Source of the DNA: Felis catus
Taxonomy: Eukaryota
Assembly: GCF_018350175.1 (NCBI RefSeq)
Contig: NC_058368.1
Location: 147,066,001 to 147,130,000, forward strand
Direction: 5' to 3'
Length of the DNA: 64,000 bases
A program made the translations under genes and the position numbers. Shown here piece by piece: positions 63,236 through 64,000 of this stretch. Numbering within the stretch: position 1 is the first letter of the stretch; each line of letters starts with the position of its first letter. The notes beneath the pieces are model-generated. The model was not told the DNA's origin. It did not search any database and was given only the letters and a program-made list of their open reading frames with translations.

Positions 63236-63894
63236 CTTTGATACCAACCTGCAAGAAGGTACAAGCAGCAGGTGGCATGCTTTTTCCCTTTAAAGGCTTT
63301 AAAGCTGTTTATTTTTAGAATTTCCCCTATTTCCCTTTATTTTGTCTATACAGCATCTTCTACATTATCAGGCATATACCTAACAGAAGAGATGGGTACT
63401 GTGGGTACATGAAGGGCCATCAAATCTTATTTCTTTGGGGATTAATACTAAGTGCTTCTCAGGAAAGAAACAAAGCCCTCATATAGGTGGTAGGATTTTG
63501 GGAGAGGGGAGAAAGGTGACTCAGAGTTTAACTAGAAAAATAGTTATTTAATTACCCTTGCTTTTACTTTACTTTATTTTCTTTAAGCCCCCTTAACCAT
63601 ATTTTGTTTTGCTAATTATGTTGCATAGAAAATGGTAATAATAATTTTATACAATTTCACAATGATAATTAATACAATTTTGAATGCAATCTATAAAATT
63701 ATATTTTTTTATTTTAAAACTATAGAACAAGGTTTCATATAAGTAGATACTAATTAATAATGATTACAGGTAAGTGTCTCTTGGTTTCTTTCTCTTTTAT
63801 TGGCTAACCTAGATGAAATGTTTTTAATCTGTTTTTAGCAGTATAAAGAAAATAGTGCAAATTGGCAAATGAATCTATCTATTGAACATATATG

Positions 63895-63921
63895 CACACA
63901 CACACACACACACACACACAC
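63895..63921 (+). repeat. (CA)n microsatellite
   Basis: Read directly. Confidence 0.9.
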
Positions 63922-64000
63922 CTGTTTCCTTTATATTGTTCTCTATCAAAAGCCACTGAGCATGTAGAAGAGAAGATTCATGGAACAACAGCAATTATAT

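Overview
AT-rich, CpG-poor mammalian DNA from a carnivore, almost certainly a felid, judged by about 20 tRNA-derived CanSINEs of the cat type and a cat-type L1 5'UTR. It looks intronic or intergenic. I cannot identify any host protein-coding gene with confidence, and nearly all ORFs in the track are chance ORFs or translations of repeats. The window is dominated by interspersed repeats: CanSINEs, MIR, L2, CR1, old L1M fragments, MaLR and ERV1 LTRs, and hAT and Tc1/mariner MITEs. The notable structures are: (1) a TSD-bounded L1 with both ends intact but most of ORF1 and the ORF2 endonuclease/early RT missing, with a 14-bp duplication at the junction; (2) a non-TE 62-bp inverted repeat (57/62 identical) about 1 kb apart, whose transition mismatches all form G-U pairs on the + strand and whose loop holds two candidate microexons; (3) a tailless 43-nt 5S rRNA retrocopy with a TSD inside a Tigger-like MITE; (4) a solo ERV LTR inserted into the head of a CanSINE with a 4-bp TSD. 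Several weak + strand exon candidates might outline an unidentified gene, but this is speculative. Repeat family names come from recalled consensus features, not from a database search.
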